Source: Alphaproteobacteria bacterium
GTDB lineage: Bacteria > Pseudomonadota > Alphaproteobacteria > UBA828
DNA: 64,000 nucleotides
Direction of reading: 5' to 3'
Assembly (NCBI GenBank): GCA_963667785.2
Contig: CAXXMU010000001.1
Location: forward strand, 1,101,770-1,165,769
A model generated the notes under the pieces. The model was given only the letters and a program-made list of their open reading frames with translations, did no database searches and had not been told where the DNA came from. Positions 50,222 to 60,296 of this stretch are shown one piece after another. The position numbers and the translations under genes were made by a program. Position 1 is the stretch's first letter. Each line of letters starts with the position of its first letter.

Positions 50222-52603
50222 GTGTATCGTGGCGCCGCCAAAGACGACCGGGCACAGCGCGTGAACGTGATACGACGACTCATCGACCGCGTGACCGACG
50301 CATTCCGGCAGAGCAGGCCGCTCCGCATTGCCGCGCCCGCCGTCGGTGCCCTCGCGATTCTCGGCATCGTCCTCGGCGTGACGCTGACGGGCGGGCCGGA
50401 TCCGGAGACCGGAGGGCCGTCCGGGCAGTCCGTCGACATCGCCGAACCGAAGGCCGGCGCGGCGACGGAGACGGGGGACAGGGACGCCGGTACGACTGCC
50501 CCGGCAGAGCCGGCCGCCACAGCGGCCGCCGACGATGCTGCCACCGACGATAGCGGGACGACTGCCGAGCAGACAGGGGCCGATGCGCCCCAGGCAGGCG
50601 ACGGCTCGGCGCCATCCTCAGCGGAAGCTGCGGCGTCAGCGGACGCTGCGGGCGGAGAAACCGCTCCCGCCGTCGAAGCTGCCGGCACGGGCGCCGACGC
50701 GCCCCAGGACGATGCGACGGTGGCCGCCACCGATTCCGGCATGTCCGAGGACGACACGGCGACAACTGCCGCCGGCGCCGAGCCGGACGCGGCCCAGGAT
50801 GCGGCGGCCGCGCCAGAAGCGGGCGACGATGCGGTCGCACCCGGCGGCGATGCGGCCTCGACCGGTACCGGGTCCGACGCGCCCCAAGACGGCGCAATGG
50901 CCGAAGCGGGCACCGGCTCCGGCACGTCCCGGGATGGCATGGCGGCCACCGGCGATGGAGAAGCCTCGGCCGGTTCCGATGCAGCCTCGGCCGGTTCCGA
51001 TGCAGCCTCGGCCGATGCCGGGTCCGACACGCCTCAGGATGCTGCGGCCACATCCGCAACCGGCGATGAGGCTCCATCCCATGCGGCGGACGCCGGGGCC
51101 ACCCAGGATGCGACCGGCAGCGGCGGCGATCAGGCGGCAGGCGGCGAGGAGTCGGCCGCCGCACAGGATGCCGGTGCCGCGCCGGCGGAAGAAGGCGCCA
51201 CGGCCGATGCCGAATCGCAGGAGGTGACGGACGGCTCGTCGGCCGCCGCGGCTGCGGCGGGCGATGACGCGGCCGGGGCTGGCGACGACGCGGCGACGAC
51301 CGCGGCCAGTGCGGACTCGACGGAAGGGGATGAACCCCTCGCCGAGACTCGCGTCGTTCCCGACGAGGCCGTGGAGCCGGCGCCGGGAGACTCGGCCGCC
51401 GCGGACGACGCAGGGCAGACGCCGGCCGGCGCAGAGCCGGGCGATGCCCCGACGCCGCCGAGCTTCGACCTCGCGCGGATCAAGCCGGACGGCAGCGCGG
51501 TGATCGCCGGCCGTGCCGCGCCCGGGGCAGACGTGACCGTGCGCAGCGACTCGATCGAGCTTGGCTCGGAGACGGCCGACGGCCGCGGCGAATGGGTCCT
51601 CGTGCCCAATCAGCACATACCCGCAGGCGATCACGAGTTCTGGGCGGTCGCGACCCTGCCGGACGGGCGGCAGGTGGAATCGGAGCATTCGCTGGTCGTC
51701 TCCGTCCCCGATCTCGATGCCGGCGAGGACGCCGGCTCGCTGCTCGCGGTCCTGGTGCCGCGCGACGGCGACGGCAAGAGCACGGTCCTGCAACAGCCGA
51801 CCGATCTGGCGGCTCTGGACGATGAAGGTGGAGGCGCGTCGCAGCCCGGAGACGAGGCCCGACCGAGCGACGAAGTGCCGCTAGCCGACGAGGCCCAGCC
51901 CGGCGACGCGGAGCGGACTGTCGCGGCCGACCAGCCCGGAGACGCGGCTCAGACGGACGCCGTCGGCGATGGGGGCGTCCCGTCGGACGACGCGGCGGCC
52001 TCTGAGACCGCTGTTGCCGCAGCCGGGGATGGCGAGACGGCACCTGGCGAGGCATCAGACGGCGACGAGACGACGGCCGAGGCTGGCGCGGACGCGGAGG
52101 CGGAGCCCGCGCAGGCGGCAGCCGATGAGCCCGAAGAGGGCCTGGAGGACGGGTCGCTCGCCGTCGGCACGGTGGACTACGACGAGGAAGGCGACATCGT
52201 CATCGCCGGCAAGGCCGAGCCTGAGGCGACCGTGAACGTCTATGTCGACGACGAGCATGTGGGGACGGCCGAGACCAGCGAGCAGGGCGAGTGGGAGGTC
52301 GATCCCGGCGACGAGGTCGAGCCCGGCACCCACACTCTGCGGGTCGACCAGGTGGATCAGGCAGGCGTGGTCCTCGCCCGCATCGAGACCCCGCTCGTCC
52401 GCGCGAGTCCCGAGGAACTCTCGCTCGGCGACGCCATCGTGGTGGTCCAGCCCGGCAACAGCCTCTGGCGCATCGCCCGGCGCACGCTCGGCGGCGGCGT
52501 GCATTTCACCCTGATCTACGAGGCGAACCGCAGCCAGATCACCGACCCGGCGCTGATCTATCCGGGCCAGATCTTCACCGTCCCGGAGCGCGACGGGGGT
52601 TAG
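50222..52603 (+). CDS. Membrane-anchored LysM protein with Ig-like domains and long acidic low-complexity linkers
   Basis: N-terminal TM; PSFDLARIKPDGSAVIAGRAAPG Ig-like block; C-terminal VVVQPGNSLWRIARR...IYPGQIF LysM; start codon uncertain. Confidence 0.85.
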   Translation: MYRGAAKDDRAQRVNVIRRLIDRVTDAFRQSRPLRIAAPAVGALAILGIVLGVTLTGGPDPETGGPSGQSVDIAEPKAGAATETGDRDAGTTAPAEPAATAAADDAATDDSGTTAEQTGADAPQAGDGSAPSSAEAAASADAAGGETAPAVEAAGTGADAPQDDATVAATDSGMSEDDTATTAAGAEPDAAQDAAAAPEAGDDAVAPGGDAASTGTGSDAPQDGAMAEAGTGSGTSRDGMAATGDGEASAGSDAASAGSDAASADAGSDTPQDAAATSATGDEAPSHAADAGATQDATGSGGDQAAGGEESAAAQDAGAAPAEEGATADAESQEVTDGSSAAAAAAGDDAAGAGDDAATTAASADSTEGDEPLAETRVVPDEAVEPAPGDSAAADDAGQTPAGAEPGDAPTPPSFDLARIKPDGSAVIAGRAAPGADVTVRSDSIELGSETADGRGEWVLVPNQHIPAGDHEFWAVATLPDGRQVESEHSLVVSVPDLDAGEDAGSLLAVLVPRDGDGKSTVLQQPTDLAALDDEGGGASQPGDEARPSDEVPLADEAQPGDAERTVAADQPGDAAQTDAVGDGGVPSDDAAASETAVAAAGDGETAPGEASDGDETTAEAGADAEAEPAQAAADEPEEGLEDGSLAVGTVDYDEEGDIVIAGKAEPEATVNVYVDDEHVGTAETSEQGEWEVDPGDEVEPGTHTLRVDQVDQAGVVLARIETPLVRASPEELSLGDAIVVVQPGNSLWRIARRTLGGGVHFTLIYEANRSQITDPALIYPGQIFTVPERDGG
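50962..51014 (+). repeat. In-frame 21-bp tandem repeat (about 2.5 copies, ASAGSDA)
   Basis: GCCTCGGCCGGTTCCGATGCA twice plus GCCTCGGCCG. Confidence 0.9.
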
Positions 52604-52711
52604 CCTTCGATGCCCGCCGGGGCCGCGCGCCGCGGCCGAATCGAAAAATTACAAAACGAACCCGATTTCGCGTAGCGCGTTGATTCAGCTCTTATTTTAC
52701 CCGATACTCAC

Positions 52712-53167
52712 TCACCCTAGCCGTGCCACGACATAGCCCAGCAGGCTGACGAGGCGCTTCTTCTCGTCGTCCGAGAGGCCGTGGGTTGCGAGCGCATTGA
52801 CCTCGAGCGCGGCGGGCACCAGCTCGCCGCAGAGCTCGCGGCCCCGTTCCGTCAGCACCACGCGGCGCCGGCGGCTGTCGTCGCGGTCCCGCACGCGCCG
52901 GATCAGCCCGTCCCGCTCCATGCGTTGCAGCGTCCGCGCCGCGGTCGGCTCCTCGATCTGCTGCCGGCGGCTCAGCTCCTTCTGGGTCAGGCTCTCCTCC
53001 TCCCAGAGCAGCAGCAGCATCGACCATTGCGCGACCGAGACGCCGTAGCGGCCCAGCCGCTCCTGCAGCGCGCGGGTGAAGAGGCGGGAGGCGAGCGAGA
53101 CGAGGTGAGCGGTGCTTTCCTCGATGACGAACGGCGTGGCGTCGTCCGATTCGGCTGCGCCCCGCAC
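52712..53167 (-). CDS. MarR family transcriptional regulator
   Basis: GVSVAQWSML, LTQKELS, LQRMERDGLI.R.RD..D.RRR.V.LT..G; start uncertain (GTG 53167 chosen). Confidence 0.88.
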   Translation of the reverse strand: MRGAAESDDATPFVIEESTAHLVSLASRLFTRALQERLGRYGVSVAQWSMLLLLWEEESLTQKELSRRQQIEEPTAARTLQRMERDGLIRRVRDRDDSRRRRVVLTERGRELCGELVPAALEVNALATHGLSDDEKKRLVSLLGYVVARLG

Positions 53168-53397
53168 TGCCGGCCGGCGGCGTATGACGGCGTATGACAC
53201 GGCGCTGGCTCCCCTGACGACCCGCCACAATCCTAAGGTGCAGCGGCGTATCCGAACAAGAAAGGGGGGAGGGCCGGGCGTCATGCCGTCCGAGCCCGAG
53301 GCCATGCGGAAAACCATTCAAACTGCCCGTCATCGCTGGCATAGTGCGCGCCGCGCCGCAGCATGTCTCAAGAGGCGCGACGGGGAGGCCAGGGGGA

Positions 53398-54720
53398 ATG
53401 GCGCTTAACGTTGCGATCGTCGGCTCCGGTCCGGCAGGTTTCTACACGGCGGATTCGCTCCTGAAGGCCGATCCGGTGTGTCGGATCGACATTCTCGACC
53501 GCCTGCCGACTCCCTACGGCCTCATCCGCTTCGGCGTCGCGCCGGACCACGAGAAGACCAAGAACGTGATGCGCGGCTTCGCGCGCACGGCCTCCGACGA
53601 CCGCGTCAACTTCTATGGCGATGTCGACGTGGGCGATGCGCTCTCCCTCGACGAGCTGCGCGGGATGTACGACGCCGTGGTGCTCGCGGTGGGCGCCGCC
53701 CATGACCGGCAGCTCGGCATTCCGGGCGAGGACAAGGCCGGAGTCGTCGGCTCGGCGACCTTCGTCAACTGGTACAACGCTCACCCGGACTTCGTCGACC
53801 GCACACCCGATCTCGACACCTCGAGCGTGGTCATCATCGGCGCCGGCAACGTCGCCATCGACGTGGCGCGGGTGCTGGTCAAGACGCCGGCCGAAATGGC
53901 GGCGACGGACCTGCCGACCTATGCCGCGGAGCCGATTCAGGGGGCGCCGATCAGCGACGTCTACATGGTGGCGCGCCGCGGCCCTGTGGAGGCCAAGTTC
54001 ACCAATGTCGAGCTGCGCGAGATGGGCCACCTGGAGAACTGCGTGCCCCAGGTCGCCGCCGCCGACCTGCCGGACGAGGTGACCGGCGAGATGTCCCCTC
54101 GCGACCGCCGCGTGCGCGAGAAGAACCTCGAGACGCTCCGCACCTTCGCGGCGAGGGAGGCCGACGAGAAGCCGAAGCGCGTGCACTTCGTGTTCTTCGC
54201 GAGCCCGGTCGAGGTCCTGGGCGACGGGCGCGCGGAAGCTGTGCGCTTCGAGCGCACGCGGGTCGAGAACGGCCGTGCCGTCGGCACCGGCGAACATTTC
54301 GAGATTCCGTGCGGTCTGGTGGTCGCCGCGGTGGGCTATCTCTCCATGCCCGTCGACGGGGCGCCCTTCGATCACAGATATGGCGTCGTGGTGAACGATG
54401 CGGGCCGCGTCGCGCCCGGCCTCTACGCGGTCGGCTGGATCAAGCGCGGGCCGACCGGGGTGATCGGCACCAACAAGCCGGACGGCCGGGATGCCGCCCA
54501 GCAGATCATCGACGATCTGGGCTCGGGCGGCGGCATGCCGGGCCGCGATGCGCTGGAATCGCTGCTGCGCTCGCGGGGCCGCCGCTGGGTCGATTTCGAG
54601 GACTGGCGGAGAATCGAAGAGGCCGAGATCGTGGCCGCCTCCGACGGCGCGCCGCGAAAGAAGCTCTACCGGCGGGAGGACATGTACGCCGTTCTGGACC
54701 AGCAGAGGGCCACCGGTTGA
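53398..54720 (+). CDS. Ferredoxin-NADP+ reductase (adrenodoxin reductase/FprA type)
   Basis: GSGPAGFY, PYGLIRFGVAPDH, GAGNVAIDVAR, GWIKRGPTGVIGTN. Confidence 0.92.
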   Translation: MALNVAIVGSGPAGFYTADSLLKADPVCRIDILDRLPTPYGLIRFGVAPDHEKTKNVMRGFARTASDDRVNFYGDVDVGDALSLDELRGMYDAVVLAVGAAHDRQLGIPGEDKAGVVGSATFVNWYNAHPDFVDRTPDLDTSSVVIIGAGNVAIDVARVLVKTPAEMAATDLPTYAAEPIQGAPISDVYMVARRGPVEAKFTNVELREMGHLENCVPQVAAADLPDEVTGEMSPRDRRVREKNLETLRTFAAREADEKPKRVHFVFFASPVEVLGDGRAEAVRFERTRVENGRAVGTGEHFEIPCGLVVAAVGYLSMPVDGAPFDHRYGVVVNDAGRVAPGLYAVGWIKRGPTGVIGTNKPDGRDAAQQIIDDLGSGGGMPGRDALESLLRSRGRRWVDFEDWRRIEEAEIVAASDGAPRKKLYRREDMYAVLDQQRATG

Positions 54721-54831
54721 GAACTGCGGCCTCTCAGGGCCTCAAAATGGTCAGACCACTAGACATCGGGTGCCGCTGAGGGTAGGGAATTACACTCGGC
54801 TCGTCCGGGCCTCACGGAGAACGACAGGACC

Positions 54832-56699
54832 ATGGCAGAAGCAGCACTGACGCTGGAGGAAGTGCCGCGCGAGGAGCTGGAGTCGGCCGTCATCCGCTTC
54901 GCCGGAGATTCCGGCGACGGCATGCAGCTCACCGGCGGGCGCTTCACCGAGACCACGGCGCTCGCCGGCAACGACCTCACCACCTTCCCCGATTTCCCGG
55001 CGGAGATCAGGGCGCCGGTGGGCACCACCTACGGAGTCTCGGCCTTCCAGATCAATTTCGGCTCGCGCAACGTGATGACCGCGGGCGATGTCCCGGACGT
55101 CCTGGTGTGCATGAACCCCGCGGCGCTGAAGGTCAATATCGGCGATCTGCGGGAGGGCGGCCTCGTCATCGTCGATACCGGCACCTTCACCGACAAGAAC
55201 CTGCAGAAGGCGGGCTACGACGCCAATCCCCTCGACGACGACAGCCTGTCGCGCTACCGGGTGATGGCGATAGACATCTCGAAGCTGACGCTCGAGGCGG
55301 TCAAGGAATGCGAGGTCAGCAAGAAGGAAGGGTTGCGCGCCAAGAACCTGTGGACGCTCGGCCTGATCTACTGGATGTACGACCGCGACGTGGCGGCGAC
55401 CGTCGAGTGGCTCGGCACCAAGTTCAAGAAGCTGCCCAACATCGCCCAGGCCAACATCGCCTGCCTCAAGGCGGGGCACGCCTTCGGCGAGACGGCGGAA
55501 TTGCCCGACGGCGCGCTCGTCTACGAGATCAGGCCGGCCACCTTCCAGCCGGGGATCTACCGCACCGTCACCGGCACCGAGGCGCTGGCCTGGGGCCTCG
55601 TGGCGGGCTCGAAGCTGGCCGGGCTCAAGCTCGTATTCAGCTCCTATCCGATCACGCCGGCGTCGACGGTGCTGCACGTGCTGGCCCGGCTCAAGGCCTA
55701 CGACGTGGTGACCTTCCAGGCGGAGGACGAAATCGCCGCGGCGGGCGCCGCGATCGGCGCCTCCTACGCCGGCTCCCTCGGCGTCACCTCGAGCTCGGGC
55801 CCGGGCGTCGCGCTCAAGACCGAGGCGCTCGGCCTCGCGATCACCGCCGAGCTGCCGCTGATCCTCATCAACTCGCAGCGCGCCGGCCCCTCGACCGGGA
55901 TGCCGACCAAGACCGAGCAGTCGGACCTCTATCTGGCCGTCTACGGGCGCAACGCGGACGCGCCGCTGGTGGTGCTCGCGGCCCGCTCGTCGGCGGATGC
56001 GTTCGAGGCGGCCATCGAGGCCGTGCGGCTCGCCACCCGCTACATGACGCCGGTCGTGCTGCTGACCGATACCTTCATCGCCAATGCGGCCGAGCCGTGG
56101 CGGCTGCCGGATACCGGCGCGCTCGAGCCCTTCCCCGTGGAGTTCCGAACCGAGGCCGACGGGTTCCAGCCCTATCAGCGGGATTCGGAGACGCTGGCCC
56201 GGCCCTGGGTCAGGCCGGGCACGCCCGGGCTCGAGCACCGCATCGGCGGGCTGGAGAAGGACTACGCGTCGGGCAACGTCTCCTACGACCCCGAGAACCA
56301 TCAGCGCATGACCGACGTGCGGCACGAGAAGATCGCCCGCATCGCGGACGACATTCCCGAGCAGGCGGTCGATCAGGGGCCCGACAGCGGCCCGCTCGCG
56401 GTGGTCGGCTGGGGCTCCACCTACGGGCCGATCAGCCGGGCCGTCGAGCGCAGCCGGAGCGCGGGCATCTCAACGTTTCGCACATCCACCTGCGGCACCT
56501 CAGCCCGCTGCCGCGCAATCTCGGCGACCTGCTGGCGGGCTTCGAGACGGTGCTGGTGCCCGAGATGAACATGGGCCAGCTCGCCACCGTGCTGCGCAGC
56601 CGCTACCTGGTGCCGGCCGTGAGCCTGCCCAAGGTCACCGGCAAGCCCTTCAAGATCGTCGAGATCATGGACGCGATCCGCGCCCATTCGGAGGCATGA
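54832..56699 (+). CDS. korA: 2-oxoacid:ferredoxin oxidoreductase alpha subunit, frameshifted near 56470
   Basis: AGDSGDGMQLTG, YPITPAS, QAEDEIAA; conserved tail NVSHIHLRHL...VPEMNMGQL is in another frame and ends at 56699, 1 nt before korB. Confidence 0.88.
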
Positions 56700-56700
56700 G

Positions 56701-57735
56701 ATGAACGATACGGTCGCGATTCCCGCGCTGACGCCGCAGGACTTCACCTCCGATCAGGAGGTCCGCTGGTGTCCGGGCTGCGGCGACTACGCCATCATCA
56801 AGGCGGTGCGCAAGGCGCTCGCCGAGATCGGGACGGAGACCAAGGACGTGGTGTTCGTCTCCGGCATCGGCTGCGCCGCGCGCTTCCCCTACTACATGGC
56901 GACCTACGGCTTCCACACCATCCACGGTCGCGCGCCTGCGATCGCCACCGGGGTCAAGCTCGCGAACCCCGCGCTCGATGTCTGGGTGGTCTCGGGCGAC
57001 GGCGACGGGCTCTCCATCGGCGGCAACCACACGCTGCATGCGCTGCGCCGCAACGTCGATCTCAACATCCTGCTCTTCAACAACGAGATCTACGGCCTCA
57101 CCAAGGGGCAGTACTCGCCGACCTCGCGCGAGGGCACGCGCTCGCCCTCCACGCCGCTCGGCTCGGTGGACCATGCGCTGTCGGCGACCCGCTTCGCTCT
57201 CGGTGCCGGCGCGCGCTTCGTCGCCCGTGCCGTCGATACCGACCAGAAGCGCCTGCCCGACATCCTCAAGGCGGCGCACGGGCACAAGGGCACCTCCTTC
57301 GTCGAGATCTTCCAGAACTGCATCGTCTACAACGACGGCGCCTTCGACGCGTTCGCCGAGCGCAAGACCGCGCCGGAGACGCAGATCTTCGTCGAGCACG
57401 GCAAGCCGCTCGTCTTCGGCAAGGAACGGGATCGCGGGCTGAGGCTCGCGCCCGGCACCTTCACGCTCGAGGTCGTGACGCTCGGCGAGGGCGGCGTGGA
57501 CGAGTCCGATCTGCTGGTCCACGACCAGACCAACCGGCCGCTCGCCGGCATCCTCGCGGAGATGGAGCCGCCGGACTTCCCCATGGCTCTCGGCGTGCTC
57601 TTCTGCAATCCGGAGGAGAGCTACGAGGCCGCGGTCTACGCGCAGATCGAGGACGCCAAGTCCACCTCCGGCACGCGTCCGGGCATCGACGCCCTGCTGC
57701 GGAGCGGCCACACCTGGGAGGTGGAGGCACGCTGA
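56701..57735 (+). CDS. korB: 2-oxoacid:ferredoxin oxidoreductase beta subunit
   Basis: WCPGCGD, SGIGC, HGRAP, GDGDGLSIGGNH, YGLTKGQYSPT. Confidence 0.93.
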   Translation: MNDTVAIPALTPQDFTSDQEVRWCPGCGDYAIIKAVRKALAEIGTETKDVVFVSGIGCAARFPYYMATYGFHTIHGRAPAIATGVKLANPALDVWVVSGDGDGLSIGGNHTLHALRRNVDLNILLFNNEIYGLTKGQYSPTSREGTRSPSTPLGSVDHALSATRFALGAGARFVARAVDTDQKRLPDILKAAHGHKGTSFVEIFQNCIVYNDGAFDAFAERKTAPETQIFVEHGKPLVFGKERDRGLRLAPGTFTLEVVTLGEGGVDESDLLVHDQTNRPLAGILAEMEPPDFPMALGVLFCNPEESYEAAVYAQIEDAKSTSGTRPGIDALLRSGHTWEVEAR

Positions 57736-57759
57736 TCGCCACTCGCGTCGCACCTGCCA

Positions 57760-58561
57760 TTGCCGCGTGAGGCCCCGGTGATCGAAGCGTTGCTCTTCGA
57801 CGTGTTCGGCACCGTCGTGGACTGGCGCACCGGCGTCGCCCGCGAGGTCGAGACGTTCTTCGAAGGCTCGGAGCATACTGTCGATTCCGTCGTGTTCGCC
57901 GATTCCTGGCGGGCCAAGTACCAGCCGTCCATGGAGGAAATCCGCTCGGGCCGACGGGGCTACACGGTGCTCGACGTGCTGCATCGCGAGAATCTCGACG
58001 CGACGCTCGCGGAGTTCGGCCTGGACGGTGCCGTGGACGACGAGGGCCGCGCGCGCCTCAACCGGGCGTGGGAGAAGCTGCCCCCCTGGCCCGATGCGGT
58101 GCCCGGCCTCGAGGCCCTGCGCAGCCGCTACCTGCTCGCGCCCTGCTCGAACGGCTCGATCGCCATGATGGCCCGGCTCGCGCGCTTCGCCCGCCTGCCG
58201 TGGGACGCCGTGGTCGGCGCCGACATCGGCCGCGACTACAAGCCGCAGGCGGCGGTTTACACCGCCTCTGCTGCAGCCCTCGGGCTCGCGCCCGAGCAGG
58301 TGATGATGGTCGCCGCGCACAACTTCGATCTCGCAGCAGCCCGCGAGGCGGGTCTGGCGGCGGCCTTCGTGCCGCGCCCCGACGAGTACGGCGACGGTCC
58401 GGTCGGCACCCCCGATCTCACCCGTAGACCCGGCTGCGGCTGCCGTGTAGGGCACCATGGTCCTTTGGCGCGTCATCCCTTCCCAGCGACGACTGGGAGG
58501 CGGTGGTGCCGGACTTCATGATCTCCATGCGCTCGCACGGCACATGGGGGTGTCCGGGTAG
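57760..58561 (+). CDS. Haloacid dehalogenase type II (HAD) with disrupted 3' end
   Basis: FDVFGTVVDWR, PWPDAVPGL, YKP, MVAAH; expected tail split over three frames (PDLT / PSDDWEAVVPD / DLHALARHMGVSG*). Confidence 0.8.
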
Positions 58562-58594
58562 CGGCCTGCCCGAGACGGCGGGTTCCTCCTGCTC

Positions 58595-59395
58595 TCACGT
58601 CTCCGCCGGCACGAGGTCGTGGCGGGCGAGGAATTCCAGAACGATGGCTGCGAGGCCGAACTCCGGCAGGTCGGCGTGGTCGGCCTCGGGGATGAACGCG
58701 GCCTCCTTGGGCTTCCGCGCGCGCTTGTAGAGCCTGCGCGCCTGCCGGACCGGGATCGTGCGGTCGCGCTCGCCGTGAACGATCAGGAGCGGGGCAGCGA
58801 CCTTGCCGATCTTGGCCGCCGAATCGAAGCGGTCGACGATCAGGGGGCCGACGGGGAGCAGCGGGAAGCGGCCGGACGCGATGTCCGCGATCGAGCTGAA
58901 GGGGGCTTCGAGCACGAGCGCGGCGGGCGCGGCCTCGCGCGCGAGGTGGACCGCGACGCCGGTGCCGAGGGATTCGCCATAGAGGATCTGGCACCCGTCG
59001 CCGCAGCCCCTCGTCCGCAGGAAGGCGCGCGCCGCCCGGCCATCGGCGTAGAGCCCCTCCTCGGTCGGCCTGCCGGGGTTGCCGCTGTAGCCGCGCCAGG
59101 TGGTGAGCAGGACGCCGAGGCCGGCATTGAGATAGGCCCGCACCTTGAAGCCCCGCATCCCGATATGGCCGGCATTGCCGTGGAAGTAGATCAGGCTCGG
59201 GGCGCCCGGGACGCGGGGCGGCGCATGCCAGGCAAGCAGCGCCAGCCCGTCCTCGGTCGCGAGCGTCACCGGGGAGAGCTCCGGAACGTCCGAGTCGGCC
59301 GGGGTCGGTCGGGTGCTGTCGGGAAAGTAGGTGAGCGAGCGCTGCAGCGCTCCCAGCGGCGCTGGCACGGCGAGTCGAAAGAGCCGATCGAGCAT
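58595..59395 (-). CDS. Alpha/beta hydrolase (Bem46/ABHD13-like)
   Basis: QRSLTYFP, YFHGNAG, RGYSG, GESLG, HGERD. Confidence 0.85.
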   Translation of the reverse strand: MLDRLFRLAVPAPLGALQRSLTYFPDSTRPTPADSDVPELSPVTLATEDGLALLAWHAPPRVPGAPSLIYFHGNAGHIGMRGFKVRAYLNAGLGVLLTTWRGYSGNPGRPTEEGLYADGRAARAFLRTRGCGDGCQILYGESLGTGVAVHLAREAAPAALVLEAPFSSIADIASGRFPLLPVGPLIVDRFDSAAKIGKVAAPLLIVHGERDRTIPVRQARRLYKRARKPKEAAFIPEADHADLPEFGLAAIVLEFLARHDLVPAET

Positions 59396-59404
59396 CGCCG
59401 GACG

Positions 59405-59437
59405 AAAAGGGCACCGGGCGGCGTTCGCCCGGTGCCC
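59405..59437 (-). terminator. Rho-independent terminator after the YccA-like gene
   Basis: Minus strand GGGCACCGGGCG-AACGC-CGCCCGGTGCCC-TTTT, 12-bp perfect stem. Confidence 0.8.
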
Positions 59438-59460
59438 CCTGTCGCGATCCCGCCCGGCCG

Positions 59461-60177
59461 CTATTCGCGTGCGGCGCCGAAGAGGTGCAGCAGCAGGATG
59501 AAGATGTTGATGAAGTTGAGGTAGAGCGAGAGCGCGCCCATCACCGACTTCTTCACCATGACCGCCTGCCCGTCGCTCTCCCGGTAGACGTCCTTGATCC
59601 GCTGGGTGTCGTAGGCAGTGAGCCCGAGGAACACCAGCACGCCGATCACCGAGATCACGAAGTGAAGCAGCTCCGACTGCAGGAAGATGTTCACCAGCAT
59701 GGCGATGATGACGCCGATCAGGCCCATGAACAGGAACGAGCCCCACGAGACCAGCGAACGCTTGGTGGTGTAGCCGTAGATGCTCATGGCGCCGAACATG
59801 CCCATGGTGATGAAGAACACCCGGACGATGCTGGTCGCCGTGTAGGCCATGAAGATGTACGAGAGCGAGGCCCCCATAAGGATCGAGAAGACCCAGAACA
59901 GCCACTGCGCCGTGGTGTGCTTCATGGTCTGGATCTTGATGCCCATGAAGAACACGATGCCGAGCGGGGCCAGCATGACGACGAACCCGAGGCCCGAGCC
60001 GTAGAGCACGTTGAAGAGCCCGGTATTGGCGATCACGTAGGCGGTGATGCCCGTGAGCGCGAGGCCCGAGGCCATGTAGTTGTAGACCCGGAGCATGTAG
60101 CTCCTGAGACCCTGGTCGATCTGCGCCTGGGTCAGAGTCGTGCCGACGAACGGCCGGCCTTGCGTTCCGAGTGCCAT
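59461..60177 (-). CDS. Bax inhibitor-1/YccA family membrane protein
   Basis: DQGLRSYMLRVYNYM, YGYTTKR, LTAYDTQRIK, ALSLYLNFIN. Confidence 0.92.
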   Translation of the reverse strand: MALGTQGRPFVGTTLTQAQIDQGLRSYMLRVYNYMASGLALTGITAYVIANTGLFNVLYGSGLGFVVMLAPLGIVFFMGIKIQTMKHTTAQWLFWVFSILMGASLSYIFMAYTATSIVRVFFITMGMFGAMSIYGYTTKRSLVSWGSFLFMGLIGVIIAMLVNIFLQSELLHFVISVIGVLVFLGLTAYDTQRIKDVYRESDGQAVMVKKSVMGALSLYLNFINIFILLLHLFGAARE

Positions 60178-60220
60178 CGAAGCGTCCTCTGATGTCGCGG
60201 ACTGTCGGATTCGAAGAGTC

Positions 60221-60249
60221 ATATTAGGAAGCCGGCGGCCCACTTTCAA
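60221..60249 (-). promoter_or_regulatory. Putative RpoH (sigma32)-type promoter
   Basis: Minus strand TTGAAA...CCTAATAT resembling the alphaproteobacterial RpoH consensus, upstream of a YccA-family gene. Confidence 0.5.
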
Positions 60250-60296
60250 CGGGGCAGACCGTTAACGAAACGCGAATTCGTGCCGGTCGCCGCGCC

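Noticed and set aside
50450-51350. Repetitive region considered as a CRISPR array
   Set aside because: Repeats are in-frame, degenerate and inside a CDS; no constant repeat/unique spacer pattern and no cas genes
52621-52637. GGCCGCG-CGC-CGCGGCC hairpin as intrinsic terminator
   Set aside because: No U-tract follows the stem on either strand
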